Assembly: GCF_001194135.2 (NCBI RefSeq)
Contig: NC_068988.1
Coordinates: forward strand, 81,014,417 to 81,078,416
Length of the DNA stretch: 64,000 nt
Reading direction: 5' to 3'
DNA from: Octopus bimaculoides
Lineage: Eukaryota
In this document: positions 50,631-63,393 of the stretch, piece after piece
Layout of the letters: every line of letters starts with the position of its first letter
Numbering within the stretch: position 1 is the stretch's first letter
Translations under genes and position numbers: made by a program
The notes under the pieces: generated by a model
Seen by the model: only the letters and a program-made list of their open reading frames with translations
What the model was told of the DNA's origin: nothing
Database searches by the model: none

Positions 50631-51569
50631 TTTTTTTTATATATGGAAATACCTTAACTATTAAATCTAAAATATAGAATCTGGATATCAAACAGTAAAT
50701 CACTTTTAATTAAGGTTGCTTATTATTCTAACTGATACTACTACCATAAATTTCACTAGGGATTCCTTTTGGTCAGAGACCGGGATAATTTTTGCTATAT
50801 TATTTTATCTCTTTATAGCTATAATAAAAGGAGTCAATTCCAGAACAGAGAGATACAAAGTGACTTACATAGACCACCCAGCCTTGTATGCTAACACCTA
50901 AGTCATATTAATTAACCTTCGTTTGCCAAAATATGCAAATTAGTTCCTTAAAAAAAAGATTGTAAACATTTTATCTAATGTTTAATGTTGTTTAGTAGTT
51001 TTAAATCATTGTTTTGAATAGGTAGAATAATTCAAACTGTCGCTATAGTCATTACTAATTACTATCCCTAGAAGTATCTATTATGTACTTCTTGTTAGTG
51101 CTTCTTGATTTATCAGGAAATGTTTAAAATTACTATCTCTACTAACACTAAAATAAACCTGGAATGTTAGAGTTAAGTTAGTATTGATGTATTTAATGAA
51201 AGAAACATCACAAAAGAATTTATTCTCTGAATATTTCTGAAATACAATTTGAAAATACTTTTATATACAAGATTTTCTAGATTTTTTCAGATATTTTTTT
51301 CAGATATAAGGAAAATTCTGTAGAACATTCTGCTCAGTGGCAACATTGTTTTGATGTTGAGTAGCTTCACAAGTTGTTTCAAGTTATGAGAGAAAGTTGC
51401 TAAATATATTGGCGAAATTGATGTACAAATGGGGATATATAATTATCAGAATTTTATAAGCTTTCAAGAGAACATGAAATAATTCATTTTTGGAATAATT
51501 TCATCCATAGTATAGTATTTTTATGGGCTATGTGTTTGTGTGTGTGTGTAAAAAGTTTTTGGCTTTAAG

Positions 51570-51757
51570 GGTATTGCGAAAGGCCTGGTTGGCGGCTCAG
51601 CCTTCCAAGTTCATTTACAGGGCTTAGGAAAACTGGAGGACAGCCGCAATAAGTGAGTGAATCTGAGACGGGAATGTGTTGAAAAAAAAATCATAATTAA
51701 CTGATCTTGTATTTTCTTTTACCCAAAGCTAGGAACTTTTCAGCACCCTCTTGTGTA
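51570..51757 (+). mobile_element. Mariner transposon 3' end
   Basis: KAWLAAQPSKF / GLGKLEDSRNK*VNLRRECVEK resembles the mariner C-terminus (WL..Q...FY..GI.KL..RW.KC....G.YVE). It ends aacttttcagcaccctcttgtgta, a TIR-like sequence. Confidence 0.65.
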
Positions 51758-51829
51758 TATGGTCATTTCATCATGTTGAACCTTTAATCCCTACACATTT
51801 TTTTCTCTTTCTGTTTTTATTTATTTTTT

Positions 51830-51990
51830 TTGCCCTCCATTTTTTTCCTCTCAGCCCTTTCTGTTGAATAATGTAGGCTCGAAACATCAAAGACTTTTCC
51901 ATTCTTCCTGAACATCAAACTAATACACCTACTTGTTTGTTCCCTCACTTGTCTTTGTTTTGTTTTCTGTAATTTTGAACTATATATATA
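51830..51990 (+). mobile_element. Penelope-like terminal repeat fragment with decayed hammerhead-like motif
   Basis: ttctgttgaataatgtaggctcGAAACatcaaagac (51859-51894) resembles CTGANGA-GC-gtag-GCTC-GAAAC with the 5' core mutated. A T-rich tail runs into (TA)n. Confidence 0.45.
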
Positions 51991-53114
51991 TATATATACA
52001 GATACACACACAACCTCTCTAAAATGTACTATACTCGATAGGAAACGAGTTGCGTGATGACGGTAGCCTAAGTATTTGCTAGGTAATATCCAGTTGTTTT
52101 TGGTAATTCTGTTAAAATTGTAGTGGGGAATCCTCACCAATGGGCAAAAGTTTCAACATCGCCATCACCTACTATTCCTATGTTTATATTTTTAACCACC
52201 AGCTGAGAGTTTCTAAAAGCCTATGTGAATAAAAACAATTTAAGTCTTCACACCAAACTAGTTTTACAGTATTAACAAATTTTTCTCAATATTGATGTGA
52301 CCCCCACAGTTTTTTGTTTGCATTTGAATTTGTTTCTGTGAAATCACATTTTAGGGATGATATAACAGAATCATATAAGTTAATGGGGTTTACTTTTTGG
52401 AGAGAAATAGTATGTGTGTGTGTGTATACATCTGAATAAATGATAGGATGTGTGTGTCTTATGCTGGTAGAAATATAGGATGTTACAGATAGATATTGTG
52501 ATGGTAGTGTCACTCCACTTGTCATCATAGCCTCTCATTTGAGCAGGGATCTTGAGGCTTGCTGTATCACACTGGCCTATTGCATATGTTAGCACAGATC
52601 AGCAAACAATTTAATCAGCTTCAGTACTCCACCGGTACTTTATTTTATCTGAAGGATGAAAGGTAAACTTGAATTTGGTGGGATTAAAACTCAGAACATA
52701 AAGTGCTGGAACAAATACCAAAGGACATTTATTCCGCTCCTACAATTCTGCCAATTGACTGTTTTGTTTTCAAAATCTATATTTCTTGTGGATAAGAACT
52801 TTCCAAACTATTTACTCTGAAGTATAAATGTATCAATAACATTTTTGTATAATTTCTAAATTTATGTAAGAAATGCACATCATATTCCCATTCTCTTACA
52901 TATACTAGTGATGTTGAAACTTCAGTATTTAGGCTCAGACTTTGTGAATTCTTTTCCCCACTCTTTTTGTATTTTCATTTCAGATGAACATGAGGTTAAT
53001 GTTTAATTTCAATATAACAACAAAACAATGTATTTAATTAACCATTATAAATGTTTTGTGTTACTTGGATTGAATTGTTTTAAATACTGAGTATGGCTGT
53101 CTATATTTATTGCT

Positions 53115-53490
53115 TTTGATGTTTGACAGGGTGGATTGTTTGTATTTCTGTTTCTCTTTGTGTTTAACAAGTTGGCTGGAGTAGATTGCACATGTTTCTT
53201 TTTTCTCTTTATGTTTAACAGGGTGGCTGGGATGGATTGTTTTTATTGCTATTTTTTTTCATGTTTGACAGGTTGGCTGGGGTAGATTGCACATGTTTCT
53301 TTTATGTTTAACAGGGTGACTGGGGTGGATTGTCAACATTGCTATTTCTTTTCATGTTTAACAGGTTCACTGAGGTAGATTGCATGTTTCTTGTTACCAT
53401 TCATGTTTAAGAAGGTTACTGGGATGACTTATACAGGCTTCTGTTTCTCTGTTTAGCAGGGTAGTTGGGTAGATTGTCTATTTCTTTTTA
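53115..53490. repeat. Degenerate minisatellite, about 8 units of 40-60 bp
   Basis: Recurring atgtttaacagg.tggctgggg.(a/g)gattg...tttc. Confidence 0.85.
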
Positions 53491-55204
53491 TTTCAATTAT
53501 TCACTTCATATTGTTTCACCTAATGTTCCAAACTTGCCTTTTTGTATATTCTAAATTACTCTTCATATTCTTCTTTCTCTTCCCTTTTTTGTCTGTTTTG
53601 AAGTTTTATTATCTTTGGGATATTTGTCATCTAATTGTAGTTTCTATGCTATTATGTTCTGTATTTTTGCATTTTAAACTTTTTTATATTCTATATTCTT
53701 CTATCAAGTTGCATGCAAAAATATAAACGAAATGGACATATAATTATTAAATGTCTATCATTAGTCTTTCATTCAATTATTGAGGTAACTTTACCACTCT
53801 GTTGCTATTATTCTATCTTTATACAAACTGTATACGTAATGCAACATTTATGCAACTGATTCTTGATAGTACATTACATGTTCTCATTGTATATCACAGG
53901 AACTATCGAAATTTATCATCACAATTTCTATTATTGTAGTCACTTTTCAGGATTTCAGATTTTCTATGAAGAAAATTGAATTCTATCTATAAAAAAGAAT
54001 TCAATATTTTGAAATTTATGTTTGAACTGTATATATAAGATATTTGTTTCACAACTACTTCATTTGATTTTGGGCTTGGTCCCACTACATGGCATCTTGT
54101 CCAAGTGTCTTCTATAACATTGGGCCAGCTACAATCTTAGTTAAATTTGGTAGACTGAAACTTTTCAAGCCATTTGATATGTATATATGTGTATGTATTT
54201 GTGTGTTTACATTTTGTGCTGTGTGTAGACATTCACTGGACTGTGGATGATATTCTCTTTTTTCATTTCCCTATCAGCAAATTATCTGAGAGCTCTGCAC
54301 TTTCTAAGATGAATGGAATGAAACCTCCTTTACTTGAAAAACAAGTAAAGGTTAGTGACAGTGAGAACAAGCAGCTGTACAGTAATTGCTCAGCAATATG
54401 CATACATCTAACTCATGCTAGCATGGAAAAATGAACATAAGACAAATGAACAATATATAATATAGTTTTCCTGTGAAATGAATCTTTTAGGCACACTACA
54501 AGCTATAGCCTCTGAAAAACTTGACAATGGTTAACAAAGCCAAAATCACCATGGAAGCTATATTGTTCCATAACCATTTTCACTAGAACTTTCACTAAAT
54601 TCCTATTGATAACCAGACTATATATTTCAAACCTAAACTACATTATACTGAATTTTATTTTTTTCCATGTTTTTGAATTCTCTGTGGTTATTTTTCTCTT
54701 GCAGACAGTAATTTTTCATACCTAATACAAAACCAATTATTTCTTCTAAATTTTGGATTGTAGATTACTCCTTTAATTAATTAATTAACTTGGGTTATTT
54801 CTGAAACCAAGAATATTTATTATTAGTTTCAGCCAACTTAAAAGTTTTTGTTTTTAAAAATAGAAAACAATAATTTGCAGCATTTGATTCTTTGAAATAA
54901 TTTTCTTTTCATTTATGTATTGATAGATGTTTATTTTTCAACACATGAAAATAGCTGGGTGTCGTTTCCCACCCCACTAGTTTCAATGCTCAGTGCATAC
55001 TGAAATTGGGATTGGCATTAGGAAGGGCATTCAGCTGTAGAGACTATACCAAAGCAGAATGAGAGCCTGTTGGGTCCCGTCAAAACTATTCAGGTTCCAT
55101 GTGCCAGCATGGAACCTGGTCTAATGAGGATTACTTCATGAAATGGAGATGCTTCTATAGTAGTTCATAAAAAAAAAGTTGTTATATTTTTGTCAATATT
55201 TTGA

Positions 55205-55535
55205 TTGTGACACTCCTGATGAAATCCCACTGTTGGGTGGAGGGGTTGATTATTGTAGAAGTGTGCTGATGGCAATCGTAAATGATGCTCTTATCATTGC
55301 AGTAAGTTACTAATAAGCATTCTTGAGATCTGCTTCCCAATTAAGAATTTGTCGCAGGAACTATACAGTAAAGAAAAGTTATGAACAGTACCTCCCTATT
55401 ATATGTATTTAGATTTGTGTTTGCTTATATCTTTATATCTTCACTAGAGACAATGAAATTGCAAGCAACAATCATTCAGCTACTTGATTGGCTATTGAGA
55501 GAAACTGCTAAATGGTTGTTTGATATGCTTGAAAA
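55205..55535 (-). mobile_element. Second copy of the probable Penelope-like GIY-YIG fragment
   Basis: A single minus frame with stops reads HIKQPFSSFS...DISKHKSKYI**GGTVHNFSLLYSSCDKFLIGKQ. Confidence 0.55.
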
Positions 55536-55559
55536 TAGCTGAATGTTAGAAATATATCC

Positions 55560-55830
55560 ATACTAGGAATATCATTGTGGTAGCATATCCAAAACGAGAT
55601 AATTCAGGAATGGAGCAAAATGAAGAGATTTCAGAATAGGGAAAGCACAAGTTCCACCAGGCTACACATGTTAGAAGGCTCACAGGAGCAGTTGAGTGGT
55701 ATCCAAGAGATCTGGAGAAAGCATATGGAAAATTTTCATAATACTGGAAAGATGCCACAGTCCAGCAATTTAGACCTAAATGGAAGAGACAGGCACACTC
55801 AAGTGAAGAATGGGAGTGCTTTGTAATTTA
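55560..55830 (+). mobile_element. Ancient RTE-1-like LINE C-terminal relic (different family)
   Basis: LGISLW*HIQNEIIQEWSK / AVEWYPRDLEKAYGKFS*YWKD...WKRQAHSSEEW matches the RTE pattern LGISL..HI.NE.IR / EW.PRD.KR.RG...RW.D. Confidence 0.65.
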
Positions 55831-58800
55831 CAATGTATGAGAAAACCCAATAGTCTGGCTGATAAAAAGGGAAGAAAAAAAGAATATCTTAAATGCATTT
55901 GGTGAACATCATATGATTTTATTTCCATTCCCTTATAATTATTAGACATTGTACATGAGAGCAGTTTATCTGTTGCAAGACATTGTACATAGGAACAGTA
56001 TATCCACTGCATTCATAGTCAGAAACTGTAATTAGTTTTACATTAAGTAAACTTGAATATAATTTATTCTAATTTGAATTAGATCCTAAATAGTTGCCTT
56101 GAATTCTACTACTTCACTGTGATACAATAAAGGGTGAAAACTAACAATGAACATTATCCTTAATGTTAGATTAGTACAAGATCTAAAAGAATGGAAGACA
56201 ACACTACAGCCAACATAGGTTTTAGACTAATGTTATATCTGCCAAATTGATAGGTGCAGATAGCAATTGCTCATTTGTTATCTCTTCACTGTCCCCCCAT
56301 TATCTAAGTATATATATATATATATTTTGCATGTTGGTGCAGTTTTTCTTTCTGGTTAAATGTCTTCTAAACTAACATGTTTGTATACCAGGCAGATTGA
56401 AGTAGCTATGGTGAGGACCTGTCACAATTGTTGAAACTAACATTTCTACACAAATCGGTGGTAAAACACCTTATAAAATCTATTGACAATGTGTGTGTAT
56501 CTGCTTCTGTATGAGTACATATATGGAACTAAAAATATCCTTTAATCTCTCATGGAATAGAGTTGACCAGCTTGACAGCATTAAAATGGCTGCAGTTTTC
56601 CAAGCACTATTTGCAACATTCATTGTTTTCCTCCATCTAAATCGTCATCATCACCTGACAGCTGATCCATACTAAGATTAACTGTCAGTGTCCCTACATA
56701 ACTATGGTCGAGACTCTGATAGAGATCAATGATGATGGAGCAGGGTTTGTGGTGCATCCATGTGGAAGTTGTAGTTGGTTGATCATCATGGTTAATGGGT
56801 TACAATTGGAGTCTGTGGATGTAGTGCGTCAGGGCAAGTCAGTGAGATAGTCCTTCTCCAAGTTTATGTCTAGCTGGGAATCTTTGGTAGGTGGAGTCAA
56901 TGAAGAATATGATTATAGTGATGTTACATGTACAAAACCACATTTCACCCGTATAAATATATGCACTGTATAAATGTACAAACACCATATTTACATAACT
57001 AACACAAATGTAGACACACATTATACCTTTATTTGTATTTTGAATCATTAGGAATAGTTTTAGCTGTTGAGAGAAATACTCTGTCCAATTTTTTAAAGAT
57101 AATTGACCATTGTTCTAATTTGTTTTTGGAAAATATATTATGATTAATGTATGTAGTTGTAGCTCCAGTATTAGAATACTTGTGTTATTCACACTCACTT
57201 CTACTCACCTTGTGCTTTTAGGTAGCATCCTTGCATCTCATCATCACTATTTTTCTCTGTTCTGCTCTACCTTGGTAATTCACAGTTTCTTTTCTATAAT
57301 TGGAGTAGCCATGTAGCTCCTTGACTGCAAGTGACCCATTCTGTTCTGGTACTTTCTCTTGTACTTTAATCCCTTCATCTCCTACCTTGCTCTCCATTGT
57401 AGTCCAGCTTATCTGAAAAGAATCTGTCTTACTGGCTGAATGGTGATCTCACTAGCGCTTGTGCTATGAAAAAGTACCCAGTACATACTCTATAATGTTT
57501 AGTGTTCAGAAGGGCATCTAGTTGTAGAAATTATGTCAAAGCTGCCACTGAAGCATGATGCAGTCCTCAAACTTGTTGGATCCCATGCAAGCATGAAACA
57601 TGATCTATAAATGATGATGAATAGGATTAACTGTATTGAGCCATATTAATCTTGCTGATAATTTGATTAGCTTTAAAGAAACTATGATTCATTATCTCTG
57701 AAATTGATACAAATATAAATAATTATATAAGAAACTACTGTTTTATTGTTGATCTTCATAAATACTGCTTTCATTTTGATAAAGTACAAAAACTTTTTTT
57801 TGTATTTAACTTTTTTGTTTCAATTTTGTAAAATTACTGTCATTATCAAGATGGTGTTTTGAATGTAAATCAACATGAAATTTTAATGAAAGTTTTTAAT
57901 TTAGATCACATTAAACAAGAATCTTGTATCATAGAGCTAGAGATGGTCTTGGGTAGGTTAATATCAAAAGGATTAACCCAATGGTATTTCTGACACATCT
58001 GAAGTAAACTTCAAAAGAAATATTTCTCTAAACCTAAGAAAATTAAATCAAATTTATATTTTACAATATTTTTAAAATACTGTAATCATTAGCAATTTCT
58101 TTATGTTATTTTAGTGTTTTTTTTAAAATTCTATTTTAATGTAATTTCATCTTTTCCCTCACTTCCTGGATTGTTGGTACTACAGCATACTCTAGCATTT
58201 TAAGTACCTTGGTCTTTTGAATGTTGAGGCTTTTTTTTTTTAAAACTTGGTTTTCTTCAAATTTGATTTTCTTACTCAGTTGGTTTGAATAATTTAATAT
58301 TTTGTCCTGAAAGTCTTTCTTCCATATTTGGTTAGCTTTCTATGAAGATTGAATGGACGCCATCCAATATTCTTTAAAAAAGATAAAAAGGGTGGGATCC
58401 AGTGTTTGAAAGTTGTAGCCAGTCCCTGAAACAAGATATGAAAGAATTAACATGTGATGTGCATTGTTGCTTTTTAGGAAAATACTATTATATATTTTTT
58501 ATATATAATCATATTCCAATTACAAATATTTTGATGAATGTCTGTAGTTATAAATAAGAGTAAATGAGATATTTATATAGGTTAATGATAATACAAAGCT
58601 TTAAGCTGGAAGAATCATTAGCATGCTAAGCAACATTTCATCTGTCTTTACATTTTGATTTTAAATTCTGCCAAGATCAGCTTTTCCTTTCATTCTTTCG
58701 GGGTAGATAAAATAAGTACCAGTTGGGAACTGGGGCTGATGTAATTGACTTACGCCCACTTCTGAAACTGCTGGCCTTGTGCCAAAATTTGAAACTGTTA

Positions 58801-59453
58801 TTACAATATATGCTATTGATATCAGAGATGCATATTTATCATTGTTTTTCAGTCAAAGTAATCCTTATTAGCAAAACATAATCATTCAATTTCACTCATG
58901 TGTTTTGGGGAATTGTTAGATCACATCATTTCCAGGTTGTACATTGAATATTTGAAGTTTTGTTAGCATACCTGATTCTCTCAGCACCTATTCACTCAGG
59001 GACCATCATTTTCTTCAACTGGTGAACCTTACTTGTATCAGTTTAATATTTTCTCAAATAGGTAGAGAGTTCAGTGTATCCCTTTGTGAAACATCATTTA
59101 TTCAGACTTCTAAAGTTTTCTACCATATCATTATTTTCTCCTATGAGATGTTTTATTGTCTGTTTAACTTCATATTAATTTTTACAGGATGTTGATCTTC
59201 TTTACCTTCTTAGCACTGAGGGCTTTGTCTAATAATGTAGAAAATATTTCCTTATGAGTTATTAAATTGTGTGTGTATGTTAGTAGTAACAGTCCGAGAT
59301 TTTATCCTGTGTGTCAAGTGGCATATATATATATGTATGTATGTATGTATGAATATCCGGTTTCACCAGCCCTCAGTCAAATCGTCCAACCCATGCTAGC
59401 ATGGAAAGCGGACGTTAAACGATGATGATGATGATGATAATATATATATATAT

Positions 59454-59528
59454 ATTTTTATATATGACGTTGACCACTAACGTGGACATTTAATGTGCAC
59501 GTTAGTGGTCAACGTCCTATATAAAAAT
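59454..59528. repeat. 75-bp near-perfect palindrome (37-bp arms, 1-nt loop)
   Basis: Arms 59454-59490 and 59492-59528 are complementary at 35/37 positions. Confidence 0.95.
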
Positions 59529-60448
59529 GTACTTTAATCCCTGGAGATTGCAGATACTGTTTCTGAATCTCTTTGATTCTTTAAATGTGCTAGCTTCCTG
59601 TTAATTAATCGATATTAATTAATATATGATTTTTTGCCATTTTTTAATAATAATAATTATATATNNNNNNNNNNNNNNNNNNNNNNNNNNNNNNNNNNNN
59701 NNNNNNNNNNNNNNNNNNNNNNNNNNNNNNNNNNNNNNNNNNNNNNNNNNNNNNNNNNNNNNNNNNNNNNNNNNNNNNNNNNNNNNNNNNNNNNNNNNNN
59801 NNNNNNNNNNNNNNNNNNNNNNNNNNNNNNNNNNNNNNNNNNNNNNNNNNNNNNNNNNNNNNNNNNNNNNNNNNNNNNNNNNNNNNNNNNNNNNNNNNNN
59901 NNNNNNNNNNNNNNNNNNNNNNNNNNNNNNNNNNNNNNNNNNNNNNNNNNNNNNNNNNNNNNNNNNNNNNNNNNNNNNNNNNNNNNNNNNNNNNNNNNNN
60001 NNNNNNNNNNNNNNNNNNNNNNNNNNNNNNNNNNNNNNNNNNNNNNNNNNNNNNNNNNNNNNNNNNNNNNNNNNNNNNNNNNNNNNNNNNNNNNNNNNNN
60101 NNNNNNNNNNNNNNNNNNNNNNNNNNNNNNNNNNNNNNNNNNNNNNNNNNNNNNNNNNNNNNNNNNNNNNNNNNNNNNNNNNNNNNNNNNNNNNNNNNNN
60201 NNNNNNNNNNNNNNNNNNNNNNNNNNNNNNNNNNNNNNNNNNNNNNNNNNNNNNNNNNNNNNNNNNNNNNNNNNNNNNNNNNNNNNNNNNNNNNNNNNNN
60301 NNNNNNNNNNNNNNNNNNNNNNNNNNNNNNNNNNNNNNNNNNNNNNNNNNNNNNNNNNNNNNNNNNNNNNNNNNNNNNNNNNNNNNNNNNNNNNNNNNNN
60401 NNNNNNNNNNNNNNNNNNNNNNNNNNNNNNNNNNNNNNNNNNNNNNNN

Positions 60449-60769
60449 ATGTTTGTATATATATGTATATAAACATGTATGTATATCCATATATATGTGT
60501 ATATGTGTATATATATATATGTGTGTGTATATATATATGTGTGTGTATATATATGTGTGTGTATGTATATATATGTGTGTATATATATATGTGTGTATAT
60601 ATATATGTATGTATGTGTATATATATGTATGTATGTGTATATATATGTATGTGTATATATATGTATATATATGTATATGTATATATATGTATGTGTATAT
60701 ATATGTATGTATGTGTATATATATGTATGTATGTATGTCTATGTACACATGTGTATATGTATACATGTC

Positions 60770-60804
<35 letters not shown>

Positions 60805-60835
60805 TTATATATATATATTTATATGCATGTGTATG
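60449..60835. repeat. Compound (TA)/(TG) microsatellite
   Basis: Direct observation. Confidence 0.95.
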
Positions 60836-61024
60836 TATAAGAGGTATTGGTATCCAGAAGACCCTAATAGTATCAGGTAATGCTACGTAAGTGCTATGGA
60901 CAGACCATAATTAATTAAAGTCTTGTTTTGATAATGATACGAGTGAGGAGTAAAATGTGGGTCTTGCATTAGCATGCTTATGTACATTAGAATGGAATAA
61001 CAAAAGGATGGCTGTGATGAGTAC

Positions 61025-61176
61025 TCAGGACATTTATAATGAAATAGTCTTGCAGCTGTTTCTGGGATATTATGGATAGCCCTTCATGAGACGGTGTGAG
61101 AGAATATTTGACTCTGATGAAGGGATATCCATAATATCTTGGAAACAGCTGTAACACTATTTCATAAATGTCCTGA
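61025..61176. ncRNA. Inverted pair of minimal type I hammerhead-ribozyme-like motifs (Penelope terminal-repeat type)
   Basis: + copy: CTGATGA (61114-20), stem II GGGATAT-ccata-ATATCTT, GAAAC-AGCT-GTA (61142-53). The - copy (61025-61092) is the same sequence with core mutations. Arms are about 60 bp. Confidence 0.6.
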
Positions 61177-61230
61177 AAACTCCTCACAGGCTTGGCTTTG
61201 TTATCATTCTGTCTAATATAAGTATATGTT

Positions 61231-61269
<39 letters not shown>

Positions 61270-61272
<3 letters not shown>

Positions 61273-61627
61273 GTAACCTGTCAAGGCATTCCTTGACAAG
61301 TTCCACATAAAGAACCTGTAGATCCTTGAGGTTGCCTGGTAGAATGTTGAACATTTAAGGTCTCTTGAAACAAAAACTTTTTTAGTACTTTGTCGTTATT
61401 TTAGATGGGGATGGCTGTGTTATTGGTATGATGCAGTGACATCCAGTCTGAGGATTGGTATAGGTGTCAATTCCAAGACTAGGAGCTAAATCCTCCAACT
61501 TCTCCCTAATATTTATCATCGCATATCTCTTTTGTCTTCTCTCCAGGCAATAGTAACTCAGCTTTTTTAGCCTCTCACAGTAGCCTGCCTTTTGCATCCA
61601 GTCAATCTTCTTTGTGTATTGGCCCAT
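61270..61627 (-). mobile_element. CR1-clade LINE C-terminal fragment
   Basis: [34 protein letters not shown] matches the CR1 pattern Y.ERLK.L..YSLERRR.R. It continues FNILPGNLKDL...KECLD. Confidence 0.75.
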
Positions 61628-61736
61628 CTTTGTATGAGTGGATATATATATATACGTATATATCTATATGTACGTATATATGTATGTATATAATATATGT
61701 GTATACATATAATATATATATGTGTATGTATGTATG

Positions 61737-61792
<56 letters not shown>

Positions 61793-61795
61793 ATA

Positions 61796-62070
61796 TATAT
61801 ATATCTTTCTATATATAATATATATATATCTTTCTATATATAATATATATATATCTTTCTATATATAATATATATATATCTTTCTATATATAATATATAT
61901 ATATCTTTCTATATATAATATATATATATCTTTCTATATATAATATATATATATCTTTCTATATATAATATATATATATCTTTCTATATATAATATATAT
62001 ATCTTTCTATATATAATATATATATCTTTCTATATATAATATATATATCTTTCTATATATAATGTTTCTA
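61796..62070. repeat. 25/23-bp minisatellite (ATATCTTTCTATATATAATATATAT)x11 inside a larger TA-rich tract (61630-62512)
   Basis: CTTTCT recurs every 25 nt from 61805 to 61980, then at 62003, 62026 and 62049. Confidence 0.95.
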
Positions 62071-62197
62071 TATATAATATATATGTATGTATCTATATAT
62101 AATATATAAATGTGTATCTGTATATAATATGTTTGTACATATAGGTATGTATGTATATATATGTATATGTACATATGTGTATATATATACATATATA

Positions 62198-62263
<66 letters not shown>

Positions 62264-62467
62264 AATATATGTATATACATACATATATATGTATATATAT
62301 ATGTATATATATATGTATGCTATATATATGTATATATATGTGTCATATATATATGTCTATATATATGTGTATATTTTGGTATATATGTATGTGTGTTTAT
62401 ATGTGAATATATATATGTGAATATATATATGTGAATATATATATGTGTATATATATATGTGTATATA

Positions 62468-62512
<45 letters not shown>

Positions 62513-62515
<3 letters not shown>

Positions 62516-62864
62516 CGCTGGAATGGCTGTATTGTAAGTAGCTTGCTTACCAACTACTTGGTTCCGTGTTCAGTCCCAATGTGTGGCATCTTGGGCAAGT
62601 GTCTTCCACTATACCCTTGGGCCGATCAAAGCCTTGAGAATGGATTTGCTAGGTGGAATGTGAAAAGCCCATCGTATATATGTTTGTCTGTCTCTTTTTG
62701 CTTGACAACCGATGGTGGTGTGTTTACATCCCCATAACTTTGGGAAAAGAGATCGATGGAATACGTAATAGGCTCACAAAGAATACATCCTGGGGTTGAT
62801 TTGCTCGACTAAAGGCAGTGCTCCACCAAGGCCACAGTGAAATGATTGAAAGATGTAAAAGAGA
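62513..62864 (+). mobile_element. tRNA-derived SINE, same family as 23660-24079
   Basis: aggcgctggaatggctgta...gttcagtcccaatgtgtggcatcttgggcaagtgtctt...gctcgactaaaggcagtgctcc...gtaaaagag. Confidence 0.88.
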
Positions 62865-62906
62865 TATATGTATATACTTATGCTTATATATGTATGTACA
62901 TGTGTG

Positions 62907-62956
<50 letters not shown>

Positions 62957-63195
62957 TATGCATATATATTTGTATATGTGTGAATCTAATCATCATCATC
63001 ATCCTGCCAAATCAGATTGGAGAGGGGTGCAGCCTTCTGGCTTGCCAGTCCTCAGTCAAATCGTCCAACCCATGCTAGCATGGAAAGCAGACGTTAAACG
63101 ATGATGATGATGATGATGATGAATATATGTTTATGCATATATATTTGTATATGTGTGAATCTAATACATGTATATATATATGTGTATATGTCTAA

Positions 63196-63240
<45 letters not shown>

Positions 63241-63250
63241 NNNNNNNNNN

Positions 63251-63288
<38 letters not shown>

Positions 63289-63393
63289 AATATGTGTATA
63301 TAATATATATATATAATAAAGGCATATATATATGTATGTATATACATATATGTATTTATATATATATACATATCTATATATATATGTGTGTGT

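Noticed and set aside
59619-63316. Long ORFs in the track (up to 418 aa) rich in X, Y, I, C, V
   Set aside because: They run through N gaps and (TA)/(TG) microsatellites, so they are not coding. The same applies to ORFs at 9170-9496, 12784-13498, 34229-34449, 39263-40603, 41296-42024 and 42822-43131.
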